Notes: generated from the letters alone by a model not told the origin. DNA of 11,917 bases from a bacterium (GCA_036339875.1 JAYZAC010000097.1:1-11917), one strand, 5' to 3'. Numbered from the stretch's first letter, positions 1 through 7,344 are shown. Numbers and translations: made by a program.

Positions 1-69
1 CTACGTGAGTTGATTGATCGTTTAATAGAAAACGATTTACCAATTTTCCCCAAAAACTCTCAGGTTTGA
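1..69 (+). CDS. 3' end of an upstream gene, probably a KdsC-like HAD phosphatase (partial)
   Basis: Frame 1 is open from the window edge: LRELIDRLIENDLPIFPKNSQV*, with TGA at 67-69, 1 nt before the lptC ATG. LRELIDRLI resembles the KdsC C-terminal helix (GA[VL]RE..D.I), and kdsC-lptC-lptA-lptB is a common gene order. Confidence 0.5.
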   Translation, partial: LRELIDRLIENDLPIFPKNSQV

Positions 70-70
70 G

Positions 71-733
71 ATGATTACTAAATTCGCTCCTTGGTTAGTG
101 TTGATATTTGTTCTGACCGGATTATATCTTCTTCATGATAAATACTTTGTACAGGTAATGACTTTGGCAGGTAAACTTGTCAATCAAGAGATTCCTAACA
201 TTGAAATAGATAATGTTATCTTGCAAGCCTATCATCCGAATGGAAAACTGCGTTTCAAACTGTTTGGAACAAAAGCTCAAATTGATGAAAAAGATAAAAT
301 TACGAGAATAGAACCCGTTAATTTACTGATTTATGATCGAGATGTGGATTATTTGCAGGATATAGCAATTCTAGCTCAAAGAGGTTCGTATGTGGATGCG
401 AAACCTGACTATTTTATACTTGATGGGAATGTTGAATGTAATCTGGCGGTAAGAGATGATGAAGAAGTTATTGTAAAGAAAGTTGAAGAGGTGCAATATA
501 TTCGCAAAGTGTTTACACAAAAATTACTTTACTATCCTGCATTGAATCAATTTGTGTCTCCTGGTCCCTTTAAAATAGTAGATACCAAAAGCAGCGCAGT
601 AGTTACAGGAAAATCATTTACTTACAAAGGAAATGAACAGTTAGGTGAAATACAAGGTCCAATGAGAACTGTTATCAGAGAAAATGCGCAGCTCGTATTG
701 GATGAAATGAATAAGGAGTTTTTCGATGAGTAA
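71..733 (+). CDS. lptC: LPS export periplasmic protein LptC-like
   Basis: Single N-terminal TM helix (WLVLIFVLTGLYLL), then beta-jellyroll-like segments (NGKLRFKLFGTKAQ, ILAQRGSY, FILDGNV). Lies directly upstream of lptA/lptB. Confidence 0.75.
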   Translation: MITKFAPWLVLIFVLTGLYLLHDKYFVQVMTLAGKLVNQEIPNIEIDNVILQAYHPNGKLRFKLFGTKAQIDEKDKITRIEPVNLLIYDRDVDYLQDIAILAQRGSYVDAKPDYFILDGNVECNLAVRDDEEVIVKKVEEVQYIRKVFTQKLLYYPALNQFVSPGPFKIVDTKSSAVVTGKSFTYKGNEQLGEIQGPMRTVIRENAQLVLDEMNKEFFDE

Positions 734-1520
734 TCCAAATATTTTTTTTGGCCTTTTATTTTTTTTCTCATCTCTTAATTTACATGCGAATGAAGATAAA
801 TCTCGCGTAGAAACCAAAGCTCTTTATTCTTTTGTAAATCAAAAGACTGGTGAACTAGTTCTTAAAGGTAATGCTGAGGTTATTAGAGACGGTATGTCAC
901 TGAAGGCGGATAAAATTCTTTACATGGAGAAAAAGAAAGAAGCATTTGCCACGGGTAATGTGCGACTTAGTAATCCTGATTTTGTACTCGAAAGTGGCCA
1001 GATTAGAGTTTATCTTCAAGGGAATGAGACGTTAAAGAATCTAGGAGAAAAAGATATTCTAATTATCGCACAAAAAGGCCCAAGGTTAACCGAACAGGCA
1101 TCTGAAACACAGGTTGTAAATCAGGTTAGTGCGGTAGAAATAAAGTTTTTTAAGGGACAAGAGAAAATAGAAGCAATGGAAAATGTCAGGATGGTTCAAA
1201 TGAGAACCGATGGCGTGCAACTAAAAGAAGAGATGGTTGTGACAGGTGGCTTTTTAGAATACCTCCACAAGCAGAAAAAAGCTTTGGTAAAAAAGAATGT
1301 GCAATTGGAAAGTAAATCATTAGGTGGAGTGGGTCAGAGATTAATTTATTATCAGAAAAACGATCGATTTTATTTGATAGATAAGGCTAAAGTCTTTGAA
1401 TATGATGAGAATGGAAAAGCAGTTAATCAAATCGCTGGAAATAAAATTCTACATCTTTTGAAAGAGAGACGGACAATTTTAATGGGTAATGTGGAGGGAA
1501 GCCTCGGCTATGACGGTTAA
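726..1520 (+). CDS. lptA: LptA/OstA-family LPS transport periplasmic protein (extended)
   Basis: Signal peptide (IFFGLLFFFSSLNLHA) and OstA-type motif LVLKGNAEVIRDGMSLKADKILY...ATGNVRL. SD AAGGAG at 713-718; 8-nt overlap with lptC. Confidence 0.8.
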   Translation: MSNPNIFFGLLFFFSSLNLHANEDKSRVETKALYSFVNQKTGELVLKGNAEVIRDGMSLKADKILYMEKKKEAFATGNVRLSNPDFVLESGQIRVYLQGNETLKNLGEKDILIIAQKGPRLTEQASETQVVNQVSAVEIKFFKGQEKIEAMENVRMVQMRTDGVQLKEEMVVTGGFLEYLHKQKKALVKKNVQLESKSLGGVGQRLIYYQKNDRFYLIDKAKVFEYDENGKAVNQIAGNKILHLLKERRTILMGNVEGSLGYDG

Positions 1521-2244
1521 TCGTGAATTACGAGTTCAAGATATTCAGAAGGCCTATAAAGGGCGCAGCGTAGTTGAAGGTGTAAGTCTCCAGCTGAAGA
1601 CAGGTGAAATTATTGGCCTTCTTGGCCCTAACGGGGCTGGTAAAACTACTAGCTTTTATATGATTACGGGTCTCGTGAGACCTGATAGTGGTTTTATATA
1701 TCTAGACAAAAAGGATATTTCTAGATTTCCAATGTTTCAACGTTCTCGAATGGGAATTGGCTATCTTGCGCAGGAGGCTTCGGTTTTTAGGCATTTAACA
1801 GTTGAAGAAAATATTTTAGGTATTCTTGAATTTTACGAACCATGTAATGATACTCGCCGTAAAAGAGCCTATGAACTAATGGAAAGTCTCTCTTTAACTC
1901 ATGTTGCAAAAACTATAGGTGTATCTTTGTCGGGAGGCGAAAGGCGACGTGCTGAGATAGCAAGAGCGTTGGCCACTGAGCCAAGTTTTCTACTTCTAGA
2001 TGAGCCTTTCGCAGGTGTTGATCCAATTGCAGTATCTGAAATTCAGAGTATTATTGATAGGCTTCGTAATGAGCGTAATCTAGGCATTCTTATTACTGAT
2101 CATAATGTACGAGAAACATTAAAAATAACCGACCGTACCTATGTTATGAATAAAGGCCGTATTTTGGTGGTTGGTGGGGTCGAGGATATAGTTTCGAATG
2201 AAGAAGCGAAGAGAATCTACCTTGGTGAGGATTTCACTCTTTAA
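1510..2244 (+). CDS. lptB: LPS export ABC transporter ATP-binding protein LptB
   Basis: Walker A GPNGAGKT, Q-loop YLAQEASVF, signature LSGGERRR, Walker B LLLDEPFAGVDP, H-loop ITDHNVRETL, C-terminal YLGEDF. The ATG at 1510 (GGAGG at 1493-1497) is preferred over 1489. Confidence 0.96.
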   Translation: MTVNRELRVQDIQKAYKGRSVVEGVSLQLKTGEIIGLLGPNGAGKTTSFYMITGLVRPDSGFIYLDKKDISRFPMFQRSRMGIGYLAQEASVFRHLTVEENILGILEFYEPCNDTRRKRAYELMESLSLTHVAKTIGVSLSGGERRRAEIARALATEPSFLLLDEPFAGVDPIAVSEIQSIIDRLRNERNLGILITDHNVRETLKITDRTYVMNKGRILVVGGVEDIVSNEEAKRIYLGEDFTL

Positions 2245-2401
2245 TTTCGATTTAAATGGCCTTGAACGCACCCTAGAGCTAGCAGTCCAGTCTCTACATT
2301 AAAAAGTTTTGTGTAGATTACGATTTTGCAAATTTACTTTCAAATTCAATTAGAAAATTACAAATGTTCATCACAGAAGCGAAATTCAATAATTTTACTA
2401 A

Positions 2402-2435
2402 TAAAAAATAGTTTGTCCTTGTAATTAAAGACAAA
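2402..2435 (-). terminator. Intrinsic terminator candidate for the minus-strand small ORF
   Basis: On the minus strand, UUUGUCUUU-aauuac-AAGGACAAA forms a 9-bp stem with one G-U pair, followed by cuaUUUUUU. It lies 25 nt after the 2461 stop codon. Confidence 0.5.
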
Positions 2436-2460
2436 TATCTATGTGTATCCAGAATAGGAT

Positions 2461-2631
2461 TTAATGGCGTATAGATGCGTGCGTTGGCGACTCCTTTGAG
2501 CCTCTACTACCTTTCAAATTATTGTAGGCAATAATCTCGCCGGTCTTTAAGTTAGCTTCATATACAGGGAATGCAACAAGATTTTTACCACTATGATCTA
2601 ACTGAGAAGAGTAGAGGAACTTTGGAATCAT
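2461..2631 (-). CDS. Unannotated 56-aa small protein MIPKFLYSSQLDHSGKNLVAFPVYEANLKTGEIIAYNNLKGSRGSKESPTHASIRH
   Basis: ATG at 2631, SD AAGGTG 6 nt upstream (plus-strand CACCTT, 2638-2643), TAA at 2463-2461 and a downstream terminator. Missing from the supplied ORF track, whose shortest entries are 60 aa. Confidence 0.55.
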   Translation of the reverse strand: MIPKFLYSSQLDHSGKNLVAFPVYEANLKTGEIIAYNNLKGSRGSKESPTHASIRH

Positions 2632-2699
2632 ATTTTTCACCTTTAATATATATACCGAAACTGTTTTATAAAGTATCTTTGCCGAAGACGAAAATTTGA

Positions 2700-2715
2700 T
2701 GTGCGAAATATCACA
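2700..2715. promoter_or_regulatory. CRP/FNR-family (CRP-like) binding site
   Basis: TGTGC-gaaata-TCACA matches 9/10 core positions of TGTGA-N6-TCACA. It lies between the divergent small ORF and the DUF3900-like gene. Confidence 0.45.
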
Positions 2716-2813
2716 ATTACACCTTCGAATCGACGGCAGGAGTCTAATATAGCTGGAGAAAATTGCAAGGGTATATTGTTAAAAAAATTAGAGTTTTTTT
2801 AAAAAAAATATTT

Positions 2814-2852
2814 CTTGAAATTCTGGAGAAAATGTCCTTCAAATTCTGGAGA
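2814..2852 (+). repeat. Tandem direct repeat CTT(G/C)AAATTCTGGAGA x2, period 23
   Basis: 2814-2829 and 2837-2852 match at 15/16 positions. A third partial copy, CTGGAGAAAAT, is at 2753-2763. Confidence 0.7.
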
Positions 2853-2872
2853 CTAATAATTGGGGAGAGAGA

Positions 2873-3958
2873 ATGGATTGGGAATTAGTATATCTATCTA
2901 TGTTCCGCTGCGTGGTTCATGAGAACGGAGACAAAGAGGCGATTGAAATTGCCTCACATCAGGGATTAGAGACGAGTGATGAAAGTCTTCAAATGTTTCT
3001 TGAAAGTATGCTCAAACAGATCAAATCAAAAAGACCTTCTTTAGCTCCCTCTGCCTCTTGTCGAGCATTTAAGTTTCATGATGAGGAGGTTGGTAAAGCA
3101 GATCAAAAAATTGTAGATCAACTATTAAACGCAGTCAGTATCTCCAGTTTTGAAGCTCATGCAAGAATACTAGCTACTAAATATATTCAGAGCCCTAAAT
3201 CCAGACAGGGTATTCTATTTATTGTTACGGCTAATACTGCGATTAAAAAGAATCTCAGTCCCGGATTATTTGTTTTCAAGACTGATTTTCAGAAAGGTTT
3301 TGTGCCTGCTGATGGAGGTGTATCTGCCAATAATCAGATTATACTTCCTGAGTTGAAAAAAGGTTTAGTTTATCCCTATCATGATGGTTTAAACTTCCAT
3401 TTTGATAAGATCCAGCTGTTTCAGAAATCTCAATCAGAATATTTTCAGAAGATGTTTAAATTGGTAACGTTGCCAGATTCAGAGGAGATTGCAGACGAGG
3501 CATTGAAAGAGCAATTAGAACAGCAGAGTCCAGGAACATATAGCAAATATTTTAATATCCCCAGGGAAGATCGTAATGTTAAGCGAGAAGTTTTTGGACA
3601 GGCACGAACCATACAACAACCTGACCTTCTCGACTCCGATATGGTTTCACATTTGAGTAAAAAAACGCAAATGAAGGTTGTTGATCAAAATGTTAGACCT
3701 GTCAAATTGAGACTGAATATAGATGATGGAATTCGTTTTGAAGGTAGAGTTGATCAGATAAACCAAAGTTTCTTTTTTGCTGAACATGCACTTGAAAAAT
3801 ATTTAATAATAAGAGGAAGCAAATTTGAAACTAGAAGCCATTTTCAGAGTGTCGAATTTATGAAATTAGAGCAGTTGGACGAAATAATGACAAGAATGGC
3901 TGCCGATGAACCAAGTAAAGTCATCGAAATTGAAGCTCATCATTCCGAAGAGGAATAG
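2873..3958 (+). CDS. DUF3900 + DUF3898-like protein (uncharacterised; possibly nucleoid-associated-like fold)
   Basis: SD GGGGAG at 2862-2867. Motifs MDW...YLS, FL...L.QI..KR, FVFKTDF, VYPY, FQKSQSEYF and C-terminal YLIIRG..F......VEF....L.E...R follow, in order, my recollection of the ~350-aa Bacillales DUF3900/DUF3898 proteins. Confidence 0.65.
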   Translation: MDWELVYLSMFRCVVHENGDKEAIEIASHQGLETSDESLQMFLESMLKQIKSKRPSLAPSASCRAFKFHDEEVGKADQKIVDQLLNAVSISSFEAHARILATKYIQSPKSRQGILFIVTANTAIKKNLSPGLFVFKTDFQKGFVPADGGVSANNQIILPELKKGLVYPYHDGLNFHFDKIQLFQKSQSEYFQKMFKLVTLPDSEEIADEALKEQLEQQSPGTYSKYFNIPREDRNVKREVFGQARTIQQPDLLDSDMVSHLSKKTQMKVVDQNVRPVKLRLNIDDGIRFEGRVDQINQSFFFAEHALEKYLIIRGSKFETRSHFQSVEFMKLEQLDEIMTRMAADEPSKVIEIEAHHSEEE

Positions 3959-3967
3959 ACTCATAAT

Positions 3968-3997
3968 TTGTCCTTGGTCTAAGGCTCGTGCTAAACT
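3968..3997 (+). promoter_or_regulatory. Sigma70-type promoter with extended -10 for the YjfB-like gene
   Basis: TTGTCC (3968-3973), an 18-nt spacer, then TAAACT (3992-3997) preceded by TGc. The ATG follows 6 nt later. Confidence 0.5.
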
Positions 3998-4003
3998 AAT
4001 GAT

Positions 4004-4174
4004 ATGGAACGATTATCTGCCGGCGGAGATTTGCTCGCGTTACGGGCATTGAGCATGGAGGCTCTCAAAGATTCCTTAAAAGCACAAGAGATGGTAGCTA
4101 CCCTTGTAACAGAGGAACCTTCCCAATTGGTTTCTCCCGAACATCTGGGTCGTACTCTTGACCTTAGTGCCTGA
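4004..4174 (+). CDS. YjfB-like (putative motility) small protein, 56 aa
   Basis: MERLSAGGDLLALRALSMEALKDSLKAQEMVATLVTEEPSQLVSPEHLGRTLDLSA*. It has a central 'ALK.SL.AQ' helix and the C-terminal P.HLG..LD..A motif typical of YjfB_motility proteins. Missed by the ORF track. Confidence 0.75.
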   Translation: MERLSAGGDLLALRALSMEALKDSLKAQEMVATLVTEEPSQLVSPEHLGRTLDLSA

Positions 4175-4241
4175 GTCAATGAACCTCTTACTCGGTACCC
4201 ATAATTCTGCTACGTTATAAACATCCCTTATGGATTCAGTT

Positions 4242-4250
4242 TGTTATACT
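4242..4250 (+). promoter_or_regulatory. Extended -10 element (TGtTATACT) for the ABC1/UbiB kinase gene
   Basis: TG-N-TATACT ends 8 nt before ATG 4259; no SD is present. Confidence 0.45.
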
Positions 4251-4258
4251 TCTAAACC

Positions 4259-5950
4259 ATGAATATTCGTCAAATTCATCGTAATTTCGTTAATATAAAG
4301 CGTTTTCAGGAAATCGCTTATATTCTTGCGAAGTACGGTTTTACCGATTTATTAGATTTTTTACGGGTTGATCAGGCTTTGGGGCTAGCTAAAAAAGTAG
4401 GTTTAGTCTCAAAAGAGTTTGCTTTATTTAGTAGAGCTCAAAGACTTAAGTTAGCGGCGGAAGAACTTGGGCCCACATTTATAAAACTGGGACAAATTTT
4501 ATCGACACGAGATGATTTATTAGATTCAGATTACATAGAAGAGTTGAAAAAACTACAAGATCAAGTTCGAGAGGTGCCAAGCGAAGAGGTTAAATTAACT
4601 TTAAAGCAGTTTTATGACGTAGACGACTTAAACGAAATTTTTGATAGATTTGACTATTCGCCTATTGCAACAGCTTCTATCAGTCAAGTACATGAAGCTT
4701 ATTTATTGACTGGAGAACGAGTAATCGTAAAAATTCAGCGGCCAAAGATTCGTGAGATTATTGAACAGGATTTGGGCGTTCTATCTTACATTGCGGAACT
4801 TATTCAAGAGCAATTTGGAGATCCTGAAGATCCAGCGAGTTGGAGTCAGGTTATCGGTGATTTTATTCATCAAATCATTCAAGAATTGGATTTTGGTCGT
4901 GAAGCGCGCCTAATGCTTCGATTTGACGCGATGTTTAAAGATGACTCTGGAATTAAAATCCCCAAGGTCTTTATGCAATATTCCGGAAATAAGGTGATTG
5001 TTCAAGAGTTGATTGATGGCTGTCGACTTGATGATCTAGATGGCTTACAAAAGATGGATGCTAATTTTGGTTTGATTGCAGAAAGGTTGATCCAATCTTT
5101 TTTTCAGCAGGTATTTAGTGAAGGAGTTTTTCATGGCGATCCGCACCCAGGTAATTTAAGAGTTCTTCCTGATAATGTTTTGGTATTTTTAGATTTTGGA
5201 TTGGTTGGTCAACTAGATAACGATAATATGACACAATTAACGCGCATTTTTTGGGGTGCCGGTCGCGAGGATTTCGAGCTAGTATCACGATCCTTCAACA
5301 AACTTTGCAGAGGTACTATATTGGGCGTTAATGAGACGATGACCATGGAATTTAGAGATTTAATCTTGGCTTATCGTAGCCTAACGATGCAAGAAATTAA
5401 AGTAGATATACTACTTCCTGCAGCAGATCAAATTTTGAAAAGAGGTCAATTACGTTTACCATCTCAATTGAGTATTCTGTTTAAGTCTTTAATTTGTTTA
5501 GAAAGAGTTGTGAATAAACTCAACGCAAATCTCAATTTAATGGATTTTTTATTGCCACGTATACAGCAAATGATACGCAAAAGATTAGAGGTTAAAAGTA
5601 TGTCTAATCATGTTACGGACAGCAGTTTGTTAATGTATGACTACATGGCTGAGATCCCTAAAGATTTATTTCAAATTGTGAAAAATATTCAAAAAAATCA
5701 GCATGAGGCTTCTGTGCGTCATTCTAAATTGGAATTTTGGCTTCAAAATTTTGAAAAAATTCTCAATCGAGCCATTTTAGGCTTGCTAGTGAGTAGTACC
5801 CTGATAGGTAGTTCGTTGCTTTTATCTTTTATAAAACCAGGGGAGAACTTGTTATATGTTCTGGCTTATGCTGGATATATTTGTGCAGCATTATTCGCAT
5901 TAGTGATAATTTATTCAATTGTCACAGTGGGGCAACCAGGAAAAGAATAG
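4259..5950 (+). CDS. AarF/ABC1/UbiB-family atypical protein kinase
   Basis: ELGPTFIKLGQILSTR, PIATASISQVHEA, VKIQRP, ELDF..E, FHGDPHPGN and LDFGLVG motifs, plus two C-terminal TM helices. Confidence 0.93.
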   Translation: MNIRQIHRNFVNIKRFQEIAYILAKYGFTDLLDFLRVDQALGLAKKVGLVSKEFALFSRAQRLKLAAEELGPTFIKLGQILSTRDDLLDSDYIEELKKLQDQVREVPSEEVKLTLKQFYDVDDLNEIFDRFDYSPIATASISQVHEAYLLTGERVIVKIQRPKIREIIEQDLGVLSYIAELIQEQFGDPEDPASWSQVIGDFIHQIIQELDFGREARLMLRFDAMFKDDSGIKIPKVFMQYSGNKVIVQELIDGCRLDDLDGLQKMDANFGLIAERLIQSFFQQVFSEGVFHGDPHPGNLRVLPDNVLVFLDFGLVGQLDNDNMTQLTRIFWGAGREDFELVSRSFNKLCRGTILGVNETMTMEFRDLILAYRSLTMQEIKVDILLPAADQILKRGQLRLPSQLSILFKSLICLERVVNKLNANLNLMDFLLPRIQQMIRKRLEVKSMSNHVTDSSLLMYDYMAEIPKDLFQIVKNIQKNQHEASVRHSKLEFWLQNFEKILNRAILGLLVSSTLIGSSLLLSFIKPGENLLYVLAYAGYICAALFALVIIYSIVTVGQPGKE

Positions 5951-5952
5951 GT

Positions 5953-6171
5953 TTAATTTATCCAGTTTTCCAGATCTATCAGCTTAATAAGATCAAAATT
6001 AGGACTACGCAGAAATAAATCATTACCTAAGATTAATATTTGATCATGTGTCAGAGTTCCATCTTCAAATTCCATTAAAAAGTCCTTCCATACATCGTCC
6101 ACTTCTTTTAATGAAATTTCTTCTTTTTTTATCAAAAGATACTCCTTATTTCCTGTGTCTTTTTGTATCAA
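5953..6171 (-). CDS. Hypothetical acidic 72-aa protein
   Basis: TTG start with GGA 5 nt upstream. The ORF fills the gap and ends 2 nt from the convergent kinase stop; composition is protein-like. Confidence 0.55.
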   Translation of the reverse strand: MIQKDTGNKEYLLIKKEEISLKEVDDVWKDFLMEFEDGTLTHDQILILGNDLFLRSPNFDLIKLIDLENWIN

Positions 6172-6240
6172 TTACATCCACTTGGTATTTATCGGCACAG
6201 TAAGATTAGGTATCAAGAGAATTTACGTGCTAACAGAATT

Positions 6241-7338
6241 CTAGTTGGCTAATTCGATGATTTCGAAACTTTTTGCTTTATTGACCTTTGGTAAAAGGTT
6301 TACATAAAGATTTGGAAATTTAGATTGATGAACTTCTAAGGTTTCGCGAATTTTCTCAAACTCAAGTAAACCATGATCAATATTTGTTTGTTCGTAAAGT
6401 AACAGAAGGAATCTAGCTGCCTTTATATTATTTATACTTATTATACGAGTTAAGCCCCACTCACGAATTGATGGTTCAGAATTTAAAGTAGCTTGGATAT
6501 ATCTATCGAGATAGTCCTCAAATTTTGAATTGAGTTGTAATTTTATTTTCGTAAGAGCAATCTTTTTTTTGAAAATAGGAAATTTTTCTAACGGCACTAG
6601 AGTATTTAAGTAATCTAGATTAGCTATGTTTCCAAATTCTTCAATTGCCCAAAGGAATAAGTCTTGATTTGTATGAGGGCTATCCTCAAGAAAAATACGT
6701 TGTAAATAGGCTGCTTTGCTACTATGTCCCAAAGAGTAGAAGGTTAACTGACGATGGGCTTTATGAATTTTATTATACATTTTATTCGTAGGATTTTTCT
6801 GTTGCAATAATCTAGATAAAATATCTATTGCAGCGCGGTGACGTGTACTTATTACAGATTCGAGCGAAAAATCGAATATAGCTGGATTATTACTATTAAG
6901 TCCCATTTCTATGAATTGGTTCCGCTGCTCCAAAGGTAATGAGCTGACCTTTTTTTTAAAGATAAGAAGACCCTCTTGAGGTTTAATCTGGCGCACTTGG
7001 TTTGTATCATCTTGAACTTTTAAAATACCAAGTTCATTAAATTTGGAATTAGGTTTTAACCAATCAGCTGGAATAGGAGTATGTGATACCCAACTTTGCG
7101 TAGTAGTCTTCGTGAACGAACTTGCTGAGCCTTCATTCATTGTAAGACTATCAACTATACTCATAGGCTCAATTCTCGATTTAATATTAGTGTCAAGAAT
7201 TTTAGGTTTCTGAAAATTAGGGTTTTTTGGTGAGGATTTGTCGGATTTCGCAGCAAACGTCTGTACGCCAATTAAAGCTAAAAGAAGTATGGTAAGCAGG
7301 ACTTTAAATTCTTGATTCAAGCCGTACATATGTTTCAT
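6241..7338 (-). CDS. Exported hypothetical protein with HEAT/alpha-solenoid-like region
   Basis: Signal peptide (KVLLTILLLALIGVQTFA), Ser/Thr/Lys-rich linker and HEAT-like segments (LWAIEEFGNIA; LNSEPSIREWGLTRIISI). Starts 6 nt after the cNMP gene stop. Confidence 0.7.
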   Translation of the reverse strand: MKHMYGLNQEFKVLLTILLLALIGVQTFAAKSDKSSPKNPNFQKPKILDTNIKSRIEPMSIVDSLTMNEGSASSFTKTTTQSWVSHTPIPADWLKPNSKFNELGILKVQDDTNQVRQIKPQEGLLIFKKKVSSLPLEQRNQFIEMGLNSNNPAIFDFSLESVISTRHRAAIDILSRLLQQKNPTNKMYNKIHKAHRQLTFYSLGHSSKAAYLQRIFLEDSPHTNQDLFLWAIEEFGNIANLDYLNTLVPLEKFPIFKKKIALTKIKLQLNSKFEDYLDRYIQATLNSEPSIREWGLTRIISINNIKAARFLLLLYEQTNIDHGLLEFEKIRETLEVHQSKFPNLYVNLLPKVNKAKSFEIIELAN

Positions 7339-7344
7339 TGGCAG

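Noticed and set aside
1489..1509. N-terminal extension MWREASA of LptB
   Set aside because: The SD-like GGAGG lies inside this extension and fits ATG 1510 better.
2293..2327. lptB terminator (TCTACA...TGTAGA hairpin)
   Set aside because: Weak AT-rich stem with an interrupted U tract; possible but not supportable.
2602..2760. Lysine or TPP riboswitch-like words (TAGAGG...GCCGAA...TGGAG; CTGAGA)
   Set aside because: The other required elements (AGUA/GAA loop E and P1 pairing; TPP ACCUG core) are absent, and the downstream gene does not fit.
2753..2767. Sigma54-like CTGG...TTGCA
   Set aside because: GG-to-GC spacing is 8 nt rather than the required 10.
2753..2852. CRISPR-like array from the CTGGAGA repeats
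   Set aside because: The repeats are too short and too few, the spacer is 7 nt, and there are no cas genes in the window.
4030..4090. Resemblance to E. coli 6S RNA (TGAGCATG...CCTTAAAA)
   Set aside because: No long closing stem is evident, and the region is explained by the YjfB-like CDS.
3991..4179. 62-aa minus-strand ORF in the track
   Set aside because: Antisense shadow of the YjfB-like ORF (4004-4174), which has a family motif and a promoter.
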